Below, piece by piece: positions 12,254 through 24,429 of a stretch of 33,503 bases of DNA (the stretch's first letter is position 1; every line of letters begins with the position of its first letter). The translations under genes and the position numbers were made by a program. The notes under the pieces are model-generated. The model saw only the letters and a list, made by a program, of their open reading frames with translations, had not been told where the DNA came from and searched no databases. The stretch comes from Chiloscyllium plagiosum (lineage: Eukaryota), in the NCBI RefSeq assembly GCF_004010195.1, contig NC_057720.1, forward strand, positions 32,598,378 to 32,631,880, in the 5' to 3' direction.

Positions 12254-14324
12254 AGGATGTGGATCCATATATCGCAAACAGAATCAAACATGAAAACCAT
12301 AGATTCTGTCATGTGATGAAACCCATTAGTTCAGTAATAACACAATTTATTCACAAGAGTGCAAGTAAATCAGTTGACCGGTCACAAAATAAGTGTTAGA
12401 ACCAAGTAAAATCCTGAGCTTGTGTTGGCTGTATTGCACAGGAGTAGAAGGTGTTTGAAGTTCCTGATGAATGGATTAAAATGAGTTATTTGTACTATCA
12501 TATTGGGAGAAGATGGACAATGAAAACTTGAATGTGAGTCTGCACACAGAGTGGTACTTTGTAGAGGAGCAGGGCAAAGAAGTGGGCTATCTCTGCTTTT
12601 CAGAGAGAAGGATTGTGAAAGTTACATGTTTATAGAAAAACAGGAAAATATATTCTGCCCTCGGTATCATTTAGGAATAATGAGAAACAGGGAATCTATT
12701 TTGCAAGTCCAAACTGTCATTTTTCTTCTAAACATTGAACTAAATGAACCACAAGGTAGACTTTCAGTCAGGGAGGTCTTGTTTAGAGAGCCAGTCAGAT
12801 AGCGTGGGTTAGTGTAAAGAAGTTGTTGTAAATATTTCTTCTTTGGTGCATGCACCATAAACAGCTGAACAAACTCTGCATTTTTCAGCAAGCCATCCTC
12901 AGAATGGAAAAGATTACAGAAAGGATAAACAACGAGATTCTGACATGCTGCCTACATGGAGGTCCTGTACAACAGGCCAACCGATTGATTTTCAGACTGT
13001 TGGCTTAAGTAAAATAAATAGAAGATGGTTGCCTGTCTGATTGCAGTAATAGGAGGGCCCCTCTTGTTATGAAGGGCAAAAAGAGGGTGGCAATCAAGGC
13101 TTCAGTTTTTTTCTTGGTGTGGGGGATATCAACCAGCATGTTCAGTTGCCACTTTTGCCAAATTTTGTTGACCCCATATTCACCAGGAAAGGGCAGTGCA
13201 AATAGATTAAATATTGTAGGAAAGGCCCCTCTGGGAGTCACAGCTAATTAAACTGACTAAGCCTTAAGAGTCTGAGGGAAAGTCGTTGCACTACGATTAT
13301 TCTCCAAATTTGATCAAAATTGTGGGAGGACTCAGGGGTGTGGCAACAGGCTAAGGCAAAATATCTACGTCCCTTTCTACTTAGAATTAGCAAAAGGCAA
13401 ACACTGAGGCAGCTCTCATTACAAAACCCAGCAATGTGGAAAATTCAATCTGGTGAATGTTCTGGCAGCAAATGAGGGAGACAGTAAAATTTGAGAGAGT
13501 TGTATTTGGCTCAAAAAGGAGAGTAGCTGAATTTGTTTTTCAGCATTATCAGCAGGAATCTTCTGCTAAATGATTTATCAGCAGTCTTGGAATCCAGGAC
13601 CACAACTATACTTGTTTTAAAAACAAGGTGAGAAGGAGATTGGCACAAAGAGTGGGGCATGTACATTGGGTTCATTCTGCTGTGACCAATGCTTTTCATG
13701 AAATTAGCGATAGAAATTACCCAGCCTCATAAGCAATGGCTTCAAAAGGGTATTTTCTGCTGATACCACTGGCCTTTGCCCAAAAACAAATCCCGCATGA
13801 GATGCAAAGGCCCCTTTAACAAATGGTAATACAAGAGCCTGCTGCTCCCCCAAACGTATGTAAACAGAACCAAGCCACAGTGGAAACTCACAAGCCAAAA
13901 AAAAAATTGTTTTCAGTGAGGCGGGGAGACAGATCCTGATGCTCCATCAGAGTTGCGTGCCATTCCTGTGAATTCCAACCAATGCATATTGTTGCTTATC
14001 TTAGTGTGCTGTTAAATAAACACTTGGCCTTCCGCTGCACACATGGGGCTCAGAGGCTTTAAAGCAGAAAAGACGAGTAGAAAGCTTACTGCTGTTCTGC
14101 AGCTGTGCTCAAGTTTCTGGTTTGTGGCAATTGCTGTTCTCTAGACTACTGCGCATTTTAAATGATTAAGTGTTCTTAAGTAAAGGTACATTGAAATCAA
14201 TATTAAACCAAGCAATAAAAAGAATATAAAATTCACCATTGGCTTTATTTCATCTCTTTTTCTGGTGAGGTATTAAATAGAGCCTCTGGTTGACCTTTCT
14301 TCACAGATAGATGCAAAAGATCCC

Positions 14325-15088
14325 AAAATCTTAGCAGGACTAAAACACTTAATGGTAAGGTCCTAGGGAGTGTTGCTGAACAAAGAGACCTTGGAGTGCA
14401 GGTTCATAGCTCCTTGAAAGTGGAGTCGCAGATAGATAGGATAGTGAAGAAGGCATTTGGTATGCTTTCCTTTATTGGTCAGAGTATTGAGTACAGGAGT
14501 TGGGAGGTCATGTTGCGGCTGTACAGGACATTGGTTAGGCCATTGTTGGAATATTGCGTGCAATTCTGATCGCCTTCCTATCGGAAAGATGTTGTGAAAC
14601 TTGAAAGGGTTCAAAAGAGATTTACAAGGATGTTGCCAGGGTTGGAGGCTCTGAGCTACAGGGAGAGGCTGAACAGGCTGGGGCTGTTTTCCCTGGAACA
14701 TCGGAGGCTGAGGGGTGACCTTATAGAGGTTTACAAAATTATGAGGGGTATGGGTAGGATAAATAGACAAAGTCTTTTCCCTGGGGTCGGGGAGTCCAGA
14801 ACTAGAGGGTATGGGTTTAGGGTGAGAGGGGAAAGATATAAAAGAGACCTAAGGGGCAACTTTTTCACGCAGAGGGTGGTACGTGTATGGACTGAACTGC
14901 CAGAGGAAGTGGTGGAGACTGGTACAATTGCAACATTTAAGAGACATTTGGATGGGTATATGAATAGGAAGGGTTTGGAGGGATATGGGCCAGGTGCTGG
15001 CAGGTGGGACTAGATTGGGTTGGGATATCTGGTCGGCATGGACGGGTTGGACCGAAGGGTTTCCATGCTGTACATCTCTACAACTCTA
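14325..15088 (+). mobile_element. HER1/CR1 LINE, 5'-truncated, relatively young; ORF2 C-terminus with one in-frame stop
   Basis: The frame reads TLNGKVLGSVAEQRDLGVQVH...LYRTLVRPLLEYCVQF*(TGA at 14567-14569)SPSYRKDVVKLERVQKRFTRMLPGL...LRGDLIEVYKIM...FFTQRVVRVW...WD*, a typical CR1 ORF2 end, followed by the short 3'UTR and tail. Confidence 0.95.
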
Positions 15089-15285
15089 CATTTCAAAGAA
15101 AAGTAATAAAGTTCTCAGTTAACATTTATCCCTCAATCAAGCATCACCAAGAATAAATTATATGATTTTTCATATTTGTGAGATTGTAATGAGCACAAAT
15201 TAGATGCTGTGTTTTCCTCCATTACAAGTAGAAGGACCCAAGATTTTGTAAGGTGCTATTTAATTTCAAGCTTATTCCTTTTTTT
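15089..15285 (+). mobile_element. 3' half of a Deu-domain SINE whose 5' part (about 14265-14324) lies on the other side of the CR1 insertion
   Basis: Left flank ...gatgcaaaagatccca and right flank catttcaaagaaaag...aacatttatccctcaatcaagcatcacc...aaggtgctattt join into the Deu core seen at 6440-6690. Confidence 0.6.
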
Positions 15286-15309
15286 TCCAAAATTAGCCTT
15301 GGAAAGTAA

Positions 15310-15820
15310 GGTGAATTGGTTTAAGGAGGGAAAGTGCAGTGTTTAAGTCCCAGACAACTAAAGACATGGCACCAGTGATGGGCTGATTTAAACCGAGGTT
15401 GATTGAGCAACCAGAATTGAAAAAGTGCAGCTAATGCAGATGGTTGTCAGTCTGGATGAGGCTAGAGGTCGAAAAGGGATGAAAAGCCGTGGTAGTATTT
15501 GAAAACAAGAATGAGAATTTCAAAACTTCTGGAATTGCTGAACCAGGAGATATGTAAGTGAGCACAAAGGTGACAGAAACTTGGTATGTATTAGGACACA
15601 GGCACAACAATTTCCGATGACCTCAAGTCTGTGCAGGGTGTAATGTGGGAGGCTGATCAGGAATACTTTGGAATAATCAAGTCTAAAGGTAGCAAAGTTA
15701 TGGATGAGGTTTTCAGTGGTAGATGAGTGGAGGCAAAGATAAAGCTGTATAGTTTTAAGAAAATGGTAGTGGCCTGTCATAGTGACGGTACAAATCCATG
15801 GGTCAAATATGATACCAGAC
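15310..15820 (-). mobile_element. L2-type LINE fragment
   Basis: The minus-strand ORF 15520-15780 reads ENLIHNFATFRLDYSKVFLISLPHYTLHRLEVIGN, a degenerate L2 ORF2 motif (LIHAFVTSRLDY..L.GLP...L.KLQ..QN). Confidence 0.7.
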
Positions 15821-16831
15821 CCCTCCTTGCATCACTAACAAGGTTTGAAATGAAGATCCCTTCAAAGGAGTAGTAGTTAACCTTGGGTTCTGTGCATGAA
15901 GATGGTATACTATGAAGATACTTGAGTTTTCTTGCATATAGAACCAAGTTTCTGTCCTTCTCTCACACACACATATACTCACACAGTTCAGGAAGTGCCA
16001 GGACCGTAATGATAGATGAGCCTGCCACTGGGAATAGGGCTAAGTCCTCTGCTGAGGAATTCCACTTGAAATCGAGCCAAATGCCTTAATTCTTCCAAGT
16101 ACAGTTAGGAGTTTCTGTGGAGGCCTTTTGCGCTGTAATTAATGTATGCCTTCAGACCAACAGGCCCGAAACAGGAAATTGGCCATAATGGTTCACAACC
16201 TTTACCAATTTACTTACACAGCAGGAGATGTAACTCATAGATGGCCTTGGGATATGCCACCTAGTTGCACATTGCACAGTTAAAAGATCTGAGTACAGAA
16301 CATTCAGAGGGAGGAGGCAGAATGTTTATAGTAGATTGGAGTTAGAGGTGGTAACAGCCCCATGTTGTTTGAAACATAGCTTCACATCCTAAGGAGCTGG
16401 TGTTCACTTTAGTCAATATGGACAGAAATCAGCAGCTTCCTTTTTTCTTGTGTCCCTATGAACCACACAATGTGAGCTTAGTTTTCTGTTCAGTTGCCAG
16501 GCAGATTAATGCGAGCCATTTAGTTACTTCAGCTGTTTCCCTGCTCCCTTGTATACTAAACCAGAGATAACTTCTATTCAATTCATATAGTTTGTTATCT
16601 TTGGCATTAATTAATTCCCTTACAAAATTGTAATGGTTACACCCTCGCTCTGCCTCTAAAAACCCATGTATGACTTTGCTGCTGAGTACTTTTGACTTTG
16701 GGGATGCTAGATAACCTTGGCTTGGAACGACCAGATTTGTGGCTAACCTTATTGAACATAAAGTCTGATCAGAATAATAAAATTAAGTCGAATGAGTGGT
16801 CACAATGTAAATTCTTGTTCTTCATTTGCAG

Positions 16832-16931
16832 GTACTTCTTTGCTGTTTTGACCATACTAACAGTTTTGGGTATCCTTAATGGTCTCGTTCTACTTCCAGT
16901 TTTGCTGTCCGTTGTTGGACCCCCTGCAGAG
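16832..16931 (+). CDS. PTCH2: Patched exon, 100 bp: TM12
   Basis: Acceptor ttcatttgcAG ends at 16831; donor GTAAGC at 16932. Translates (R)[33 protein letters not shown]; phase is compatible with both neighbours. Confidence 0.96.
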
Positions 16932-18828
16932 GTAAGCAGAGCAAAGTCTTGATTTATTGAACCTTCTTAGGTCTATTGACAGAATTAGCCAACCTTGAAA
17001 CATAATTCTTAATTAATTGGGTTAGTGATTTATTGTGACAAGCACTATCTCACGGTAGACTTTAACTCCAACCTCCCCAGTAGGTTTCAGAAGAGAAATT
17101 TAAAAGCCCTACTGTGGATGTTAAGGTGCACTCCCAAACCCCTTCGCTTTACTGCGCCAGATGTATCCAGACCCTGTCCCCAGTCTGAGTACTGGAGGTC
17201 AGTGTTCACAGTATGATTCTTCCACAGTGGCATATATTGGCAAAACTCATACTGTCAATACTACAGAAACTGGGTTAATTTTTTTATAGTCAGTATTTGT
17301 TTTTCACTGGCTTGCCCCACCTTCTGCTAGGTTTTCAAGCCACTTTCACACTATAGCATAACAACTCCTTACTTTATTGACCTAAATAGCAATGGATAGA
17401 AAAGGCAGCGAAGATAAATGATGTGTTTGGATCTCACTAGTGCTTCAAACTAAATATACAAGGCTCATTTACCTCAGGGGCTTGGACATTTCCATCTGCT
17501 CTGCATCGGCTCCAGACTTACCCTAATCAGTAATAGCGGGTTTCATTTGACTGGGTGCGCAGAGAGTTAAATGCAGGAAGCTTATTTTCCTAATGATGGA
17601 GGCACAAACTCCCTGCTTCAAGATTTGTGTCTGAAAAGCTATCTCTCAATTAGGAATTGCTTGAAATTAGGAATTTCTTTTTTGACAATTTATTATCCCC
17701 TTCACAAAGAACACAATCTGACATAAACACAGTTTTCCTTGACAAATCCTCGGCTTGACAAACATTCTTTATGGCTCTTTCTTCAATAGAGAAACTGTGT
17801 ACTGTATAGTATTATATTCTGTGGTGCCACCTCACATCTAATGTAGCCCATGCCCCTCACTACAGCAGTAGGTACATTGATTTTTCACTCAGTATAACAC
17901 AACATAATATATTCCAATTAACCCAATCTGTCAACAGCTCCATTGTAAGAACAAACTCAGATGAAACACTTTCAATAATACGGTTTGTGCCTTTTCTAAG
18001 TTTTAGATTTACTCTTCTGTGCTACCTTATCCTAGAGTCCTATGCTATTGACTCTATTCGAACTTAGGTATTTCCCATACAGGAAATACAAATTGATTTT
18101 AAAAGCATGTTTGCATTTTATTAACAAGATTTAAGTTCTCCTGCATTCAAAACTGAATTTTGTGTAACAAGAGCTTCACCCTGTAAAGATAATTAATATA
18201 ATTGGAAGCAGGCCCTTTTAATATGAGTTACAAATTCATGTTTGTTGTGAATCTGCACCATCAGCACAGCAGTTGGATTGAGTAACTGAAGACCAAAATT
18301 TTAATCTTGGGGTTCACTAGACTTTCCTAGTTTGTGATCTTATCTGAACCCCTTAATTAGACTAAAACCTCATAATCCATTCCCAGGTATCCATTATTTT
18401 GCACACAATATGAAAGCTGTGTTAACATTACTATCTGTAATCACTTCAGACTACTATATCTATTATTCTGCAAATAATATACTGCCATAATGATTATTTA
18501 GAACGTGCAATGACTGACTTGATCACCTTTCCTTGAGTAAAATGTTAACAGGCTACTACAGTCTTGTTAACATACAACTGGATTAAGAGGAGGCTTGGAA
18601 TTTGTAGTATTCCGATGCAAAGTACCCATCATTGATGGGATATAGGTGCAAATTCCCAATACTGCTCATTTCCCAAGTGCTACATTGTCATTGTGGAGTG
18701 TTGTGCTTGGAGCACTCTCGCATAGTCTCTTGCAGTTCCATAAATAGAAACCTTGATCACATATTTTGGCTGCACTTGTTTTGCGATGTTGGGGTTGACT
18801 TTCCTTAAACCTTTCACACTTTGCAAGC

Positions 18829-19022
18829 TCCAGAACTAGAGGTCATAGTCTAAGAATAAGGGGTAAGCCATTTAGGACTGAAATGAAGAAGAATTTCTTC
18901 ACTCAGAGAGTTGTGAACCTGTGGAATACTGGGATTGTATGATCAGCCATGATCATACTAAATGGTGGTGCAGGCTTGAAGGGCCAAATGGCCTACTCCT
19001 GCACCTATTTTCTGTGTTTCTA
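18829..19022 (+). mobile_element. CR1 LINE 3' fragment with internal deletion
   Basis: Translates RTRGHSLRIRGKPFRTEMKKNFFTQRVVNLWN, then jumps to the CR1 tail gatcagccatgatc...gggccaaatggcctactcctgcacctattttc. Confidence 0.85.
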
Positions 19023-19316
19023 AGGCATTCAACTGAAACCTAATGTCATGCAAGAAGGGAAGTTTCACCAGATAAACTTACTGTGCCACTTAACACCTCC
19101 CTTTGTCCCCACCCCTACCACCACCACTGCCAGACCCCGCTCCCAGCACCTTTTTCAGGAGTAAGACAGATGTGTATCTAAAAATAAATATTAATCAGAC
19201 ATGGAGCATAATCAGGGGTCCAGAGACGTCTGTGTCACCAATCTCGCTGAAGAATGGTAAACACATAGGCCAAAGTTTATTTTCCTTCATTAATCTTTTC
19301 AATCCTTTGTAAATAG

Positions 19317-19592
19317 ATTACACCTGCAGATCGAGGCAGTCGTTTGCCAACTCCTTCACCCGAGCCAATTCCACCACCCATGAATCATCATGGCTTCTAT
19401 GTCCGTTCATTTCCACGTCAGCAAAGTATGTTTTCTGAATCCTCGGATTCAGAATATTACTCAGAGACCACAGCGTCTGGGATCAGCGAGGAGGACCTGC
19501 CGCACTTTGACCAGAGTGCATACATCATCCCACCAACCCACTCACGGATACTGGTGGAGTCGGGAAGCGATCCTAACTTCCCACGAGTCACA
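19317..19592 (+). CDS. PTCH2: Patched exon, 276 bp: proximal cytoplasmic C-terminal tail
   Basis: Acceptor tttgtaaatAG ends at 19316; donor GTAAGT at 19593. Translates ITPADRGSRLPTPSPEPIPPPMNHHGFY...FSESSDSEYYSETTASGISEEDL...FPRVT. LPTPSPEP and SDSEY are Patched tail motifs; PPPMNHHG resembles fish Ptch2 as I recall it. Confidence 0.92.
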
Positions 19593-19881
19593 GTAAGTGC
19601 TTTTTTTTGTCATTCAAAGCACTATCAGTTTGTCATTGGCCTTTTGACATCAATTAGTTAATGATATTGGCATGGCCTTTAGTAAAAGAGCAAAATAGAA
19701 TTTAATTTTCTTCCCTTCTCTGGAACAGGATTAACAAAGTATCTTACTCTCTCGACTATACACATAAAAACCATGATGACAATGATATTGATTTATTCTT
19801 ATGTCCCATATTTATTAGTCCACATCTGCTGTCAGTAACAGCTTTGAGGGTGTATTTATACAGCTTGGATTATATTAATTC

Positions 19882-19968
19882 AAGAAAGTAGCTCACCACC
19901 ACCTTCTCATGGGCATCTAGAGATAGGCAATAAATGCTGACCTAGCTTTCCGTGAACAATAAATAAAG
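19882..19968 (+). mobile_element. LINE/SINE 3' tail fragment (a similar, more decayed copy at about 20500-20585)
   Basis: gctcaccaccaccttctcatgggcatctagagataggcaataaatgctgacct is the reverse complement of the tail of the SINE at 27925 (aggccagtgtttattgcctatccttaattg). Confidence 0.55.
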
Positions 19969-20669
19969 AAAATATTGGATTCAGAAAAATGTATTTCTAC
20001 TCAAGCTGATTGTTGAGTGAAAGACCTACTAGCCAATATTTTGGGGGTTGGTAAAGCAAAAATGGCCTGAGTACTTCTCTATCTCATCCTCCCCTCAGCT
20101 ATGGCACTGCTCTGTCTTAGTATGAACAATTGCTGATATCCAAAGATATCTATATGCTTGGTAACCTTGCTATAAAAGGTGTGGGTTACATTCCAAACCT
20201 GTTCCTGTGAATTATATGTATGAGGGTAGGGATGGAAGAATGGCTAGGATGTACCATTGGATGCTAGTGTGGGGAAATTTCTCTTGAAGTAACCAATCAT
20301 GTATTTTACTTTGAATAATTATTAAATAATAAAACATCAGCCTTTAGTGCTGTCTTCACAAGGTTAAGTATCTTAGTATCACTGTCTTTCAGGTTCCCTA
20401 TGCAGAGTCAACATCGACATCCGCATCCCTAATATCTGATAAGGTGTAAGCTTTTAAGGCCTTTATAATACTTTAGACAACTGCTTGCAATGCTAGGCTG
20501 CCAGCTCACCATGAGCACTTCAAGTAAATTAGGGATGGGTAATAAAAATTGCATTTTCTAGATTGTCCTATGAATAACTAAAACAAATCTGATACAGTAA
20601 TTCTTAAAATGTGAAAGATTTGTTGAAAACAAATATGCAGACAATATTACTTTTGATTTTCTCCAACAG

Positions 20670-21221
20670 ATTGTGAAACCATACAAAGAGCTTAATGATT
20701 CCTCTTCAAGGAAGAGTCACATAAACTCAAAAGGACAACCTCAACCTACTGTGGATTCTGTTAGTTCTCAACTAGCCTGGCAAGAACCTAAAGACTTACA
20801 ACAAGCAACAGGAGAAGGGGGATACATCTCTAATAGTGGTCTGCACAGTAGGAGTGCTGTTCAATCTATCCAACCTGTCAATTCCTCTAGGGGTCAACAC
20901 AGGTCTCGGAACAACAGGACTCACCATCCGAGGACTACACTTCCAGCATACTCAACCAGTGTGCCTGGATCAAGCAACCCTTTCACTACGGTGACTGCCA
21001 CAGCATCAGTGACACTGGCTGTGCACCCGGGTGTACCACAGACATTTAAAGGGTACACACATGAAGGGTTCGAGGACAGTGAGTCAGACTGCTTCGAGGA
21101 ACCGCACATAACCTCCTCATATGTGAATCATCAGAAAACAACAGACTCCAAAGTGGAGATTTTTGAACTACAGGATGTTGAATGTGAAGTAAGGAGCAGA
21201 GAAGCCTCAAGAAGGCATTAG
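20670..21221 (+). CDS. PTCH2: Patched last coding exon, 552 bp, ending in TAG: distal cytoplasmic tail
   Basis: Acceptor ttttctccaacAG ends at 20669; open frame IVKPYKE...TTVTATASVTLAVHP...DSKVEIFELQDVECE...RRH*, stop at 21219-21221. Both quoted blocks closely match the PTCH1 tail (TTVTASASVTVAVHP, DSKVEVIELQDVECE). Confidence 0.92.
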   Translation: MVKPYKELNDSSSRKSHINSKGQPQPTVDSVSSQLAWQEPKDLQQATGEGGYISNSGLHSRSAVQSIQPVNSSRGQHRSRNNRTHHPRTTLPAYSTSVPGSSNPFTTVTATASVTLAVHPGVPQTFKGYTHEGFEDSESDCFEEPHITSSYVNHQKTTDSKVEIFELQDVECEVRSREASRRH

Positions 21222-21227
21222 GTGAGT
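21222..21227 (+). other. 5' splice donor immediately after the stop codon (start of a 3'UTR intron)
   Basis: TAG|GTGAGT is a near-consensus donor, and PTCH1 has an intron at the analogous position just after its stop codon. Confidence 0.7.
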
Positions 21228-23065
21228 TTTTTCTTTCTTTTTAGTGGAAATGCTCCACAATAAAAATTCAAGCACAGAATCAGAATTTATTTTGACCTTA
21301 AGTATCATATTTAATATATTTGCTGACCACACCTTTTTCTTCCTACTTTTTTTATATATTATGTCACCATTTCTCATTGACTTTCCTGGTATATCCAACA
21401 ATGATCTGCTTTCTCCCATCTTCGTGATGGTTTGCTGCATTTTTCATGGAGGGGTGAGAGTCACACTATAGAAAACAAACTACACCAGTGCTCCTCAGTG
21501 TTTAATGATTCTGATGTTCTTGCAGGATGTACAATATTGGATTGCATGTACATCTAGCGTGTACTGAGTCCTGTCCACAAGCTCCCTCCTCAGAGGGAGA
21601 GGTCTCAGTTGTTTCTTGTGATTGTGACAACATTGTCAGTAACCATTCCTTTCAAGGTTCTGGGCTCATGGCTTCATTAAGCTTAATGGTCATCAGCTGA
21701 ACAGGCCAGATAGGACAGAGTTTTTAAAATCCCAGGCTGAAAGCATCTATCTAAACTGTATTTGCTACATTTTGGAAAGGCATCAGTTCCCCCTTAGAAT
21801 CTCCTCCTGATGTAAAGTCTCCTGTTCAGCTACATACTGTGTACTTCCTTCATGGAGTTGCAAGTGTGTCCTGAAACCTCAAAGCAATCCAGCATCTGAA
21901 CCCCACAAGAGGTCATTGTCAGGTGGATCAGCTCGCTCAGCATTATTGGACCTCTTATCAAATCAGGCGGCTTCCTAGTCTGTTTGGCTTAATGAATCAC
22001 TGGGTATAGTTGCTCAGTCAAGTGAGGCAGCTGGCCAAAGAAAAAGGTTTCTTGATGTACTCTGACTGATGTTATATACTGATTCAGTCTTTATATCTGT
22101 TTTTAGTTTGTATATTTTAGTTTGTATTTGGTCTTTTTTAGTTTCGCTGACGGCATTTGTCCCTCTGCCTATGTCCTGTCAGCACGGTGTTAAAGTCAGT
22201 TGAAGTGCAACTTAATCAGAATCGAAGAAAGATTTCCTTGCTGATGAAAATGCACAGGAAAGTTTGCCTCTAAACAAAACAATAGAATTTTTCAATAACT
22301 TCAAACTTACACTTTAAAAATGATTAAATGTACACTTTAACAGCAATCAAATAATCCTGATTCCAATAATAGGGATTCAAGAGAAAAGGAGACAGTATTT
22401 TAACTTTTTTCTCTTTGTAAATCTGTGGTTAGTTAAGAGAATAACATAATTTGTTTGGACATTATAATTTCACTGATTTTAGATGGTGAAACTCTGATTA
22501 ACATAATAAGTGATGATGCTGATCATAAACATAGGTTATAACGTTTGTTCTTGGCTTTATGTTAACGATACCTTTAATGTTCACCTTATCTGCAGGTCGC
22601 CTCACATGCAAGTGGCAACCAAAGAATGCTAACATTCCCTCCACATCCCGATGTCCTTCAGCTCAAGAAACGTGTAAAACTGCCTATGTACATAAACTTC
22701 ATGACAGAGACAGGAAATTTATATTAAAATATTAAGTTGCCGTTTAAATATATTTTAATACTAAAAAACAAAACAAACCTATTTAATGATGTACTGTATA
22801 CTTCTGTATGATATACTGTGTAAAGCACCAGAAAATTCAGAGGCAGAGTTCTAATGAATGGTAAGATATGTAGTCTGTGTACAATGAAGAGAGTTTTTGT
22901 ATCTTTGGGTTCAGATAAGTGATGATTGCTTGATTATTTTGCTGCTACTCTTTTTAAAACTTAATAGTTTATATAGATTAAAATTCTGCCACCACATCAT
23001 TCCTTTACCCTGCACACCCCACCACCATTCCATCACAACTTTCTTTCTATGCAAGTACCTAGTTA

Positions 23066-23214
23066 CATAGAATAGAATCCCTACAGTTTGGAAACAGGCC
23101 CTTCGGCCCAACACGTCCACACTGACCCTCCGAAGAGTAACCCATGCAGACCCATTCCCCTACATTTAAACCCTGACTAATGCACCCGACCTACCTAACC
23201 TGTACATCTTTAGG
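23066..23214 (-). mobile_element. HE1 (V-SINE) 3' fragment, antisense, within the putative 3'UTR
   Basis: ggaaacaggcccttcggcccaacacgtccacactgaccctccgaag...cagacccattcccctacattta is the reverse complement of the HE1 tail at 32197-32280. Confidence 0.85.
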
Positions 23215-24059
23215 TCTTTACCATGAAAGATGTTTTACCAGTTTCAACAAATTACCATGGTTACCACAGCAGTTTGCTTTTCTCACAGGCTTGTGTATGG
23301 GGACGCCCAGATTGTACTGTAATGTTGTTAAAATTTAGTTTAGTGACCTAAACTGAATTCTTTTTTTTTAAAATGTCATCTTTTTTTCAAACACAAGTTC
23401 AAGAGTTCATAAAGACAGCTACCTGCCATAGTATAAAATGATTTTTCACCCTATCTCCTCCAACAATGATATCGTGAGCAATCTAGCCAAGTGTACTGTA
23501 ATTACAGTGTGACTTAGCCTGTGGGCCAGACTATTAAGAGCATGTGGAGTAACATGAAGTTAAAGTCAGGCATTGTGATGAGGATTACAGAATGCAATTT
23601 CAAATAGATGAGCTGTTACCAATTATTGGGCATTTAGAGCAATTATAGCAAGCCTTCTGAACATTGAATACCAGACACAGTAGTTGAGTCGTACAGAATA
23701 GCAAGGTTCCAGCTTCAATCCTGGTCTGTGTTGAGTTAATTGGTACCGGCCAAGGCCATGGTGGGAGTAGTCAAATTAATCTCAGTGCTGTTGAATTATG
23801 GAGGAGACAATACTAAAATTTATTTTTCCTTCTCAGAGTGTTGACTCGTTGGTAAGGTGTGCTTCAGTAGATGCCTTTAAATACCCTATCCATATGATTG
23901 CTCTTCAATGTGTGAAATGTGACAGTTGGGTGAGAATAAGCTATTAGACATGATGGCCATAGTTACACTTGATTCTGTCCTTATCCACATGCACACATGC
24001 AGAGCTTGCTGAAAAGCTATCTGAGTCAAAAGTCTATAAGGAATTGAAAAAAGCAAAAA

Positions 24060-24429
24060 AAAACCTGAATGATGGCCTAATGGAGATCTTTAAAATTTTT
24101 CAGGGTAGATAGATGTTTCCACTTGCGGGGCAGTCTGAAACTAAGGTCTAAAATTATAAGGTAGTCACAAATACATCCAGTAAGGAATTCAGAAGATGTT
24201 TTACTAGAGAAGGATGAAAATGTGGAACCTGCTACCACATGATCAGGTTGGGTAGAATAATTAGATGCCTTTAAGGGGAAGCTGGATTAGTACATGAGGG
24301 AGAAAGAAATAAAAGTAAATGTTGATAGGGTGAGATAAAGTACAATGGGAGGATGCATAGATGAACCATGAGCTCTGGTAGAGGCCAGTTAGACTAAACT
24401 GCCAGTTTAAGGAGAATTCATTGTAATTC
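24060..24429 (+). mobile_element. Old CR1 LINE 3' fragment
   Basis: Degenerate (G)LMEIFKIF, gttttactagagaagg...aatgtggaacctgctacca (FF.QR...WNLLP-like) and tttaaggggaagctggat (FKGKLD), then a CR1-like tail. Confidence 0.6.

Noticed and set aside
14594..15013. 139-aa ORF as an independent gene
   Set aside because: It is the C-terminus of CR1 ORF2 in a 5'-truncated copy, preceded by an in-frame TGA.
1822..21221. Calling the gene PTCH1 because of its long tail
   Set aside because: Transmembrane-region residues ([34 protein letters not shown]) and PPPMNHHG fit PTCH2 better. The assignment still needs phylogeny and synteny.
21582..22183. Small hairpins (ctccctc-ctca-gagggag at 21582-21599; gctgac...gtcagc at about 22146-22183)
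   Set aside because: Stems of 6-7 perfect bp are expected by chance in 33 kb.
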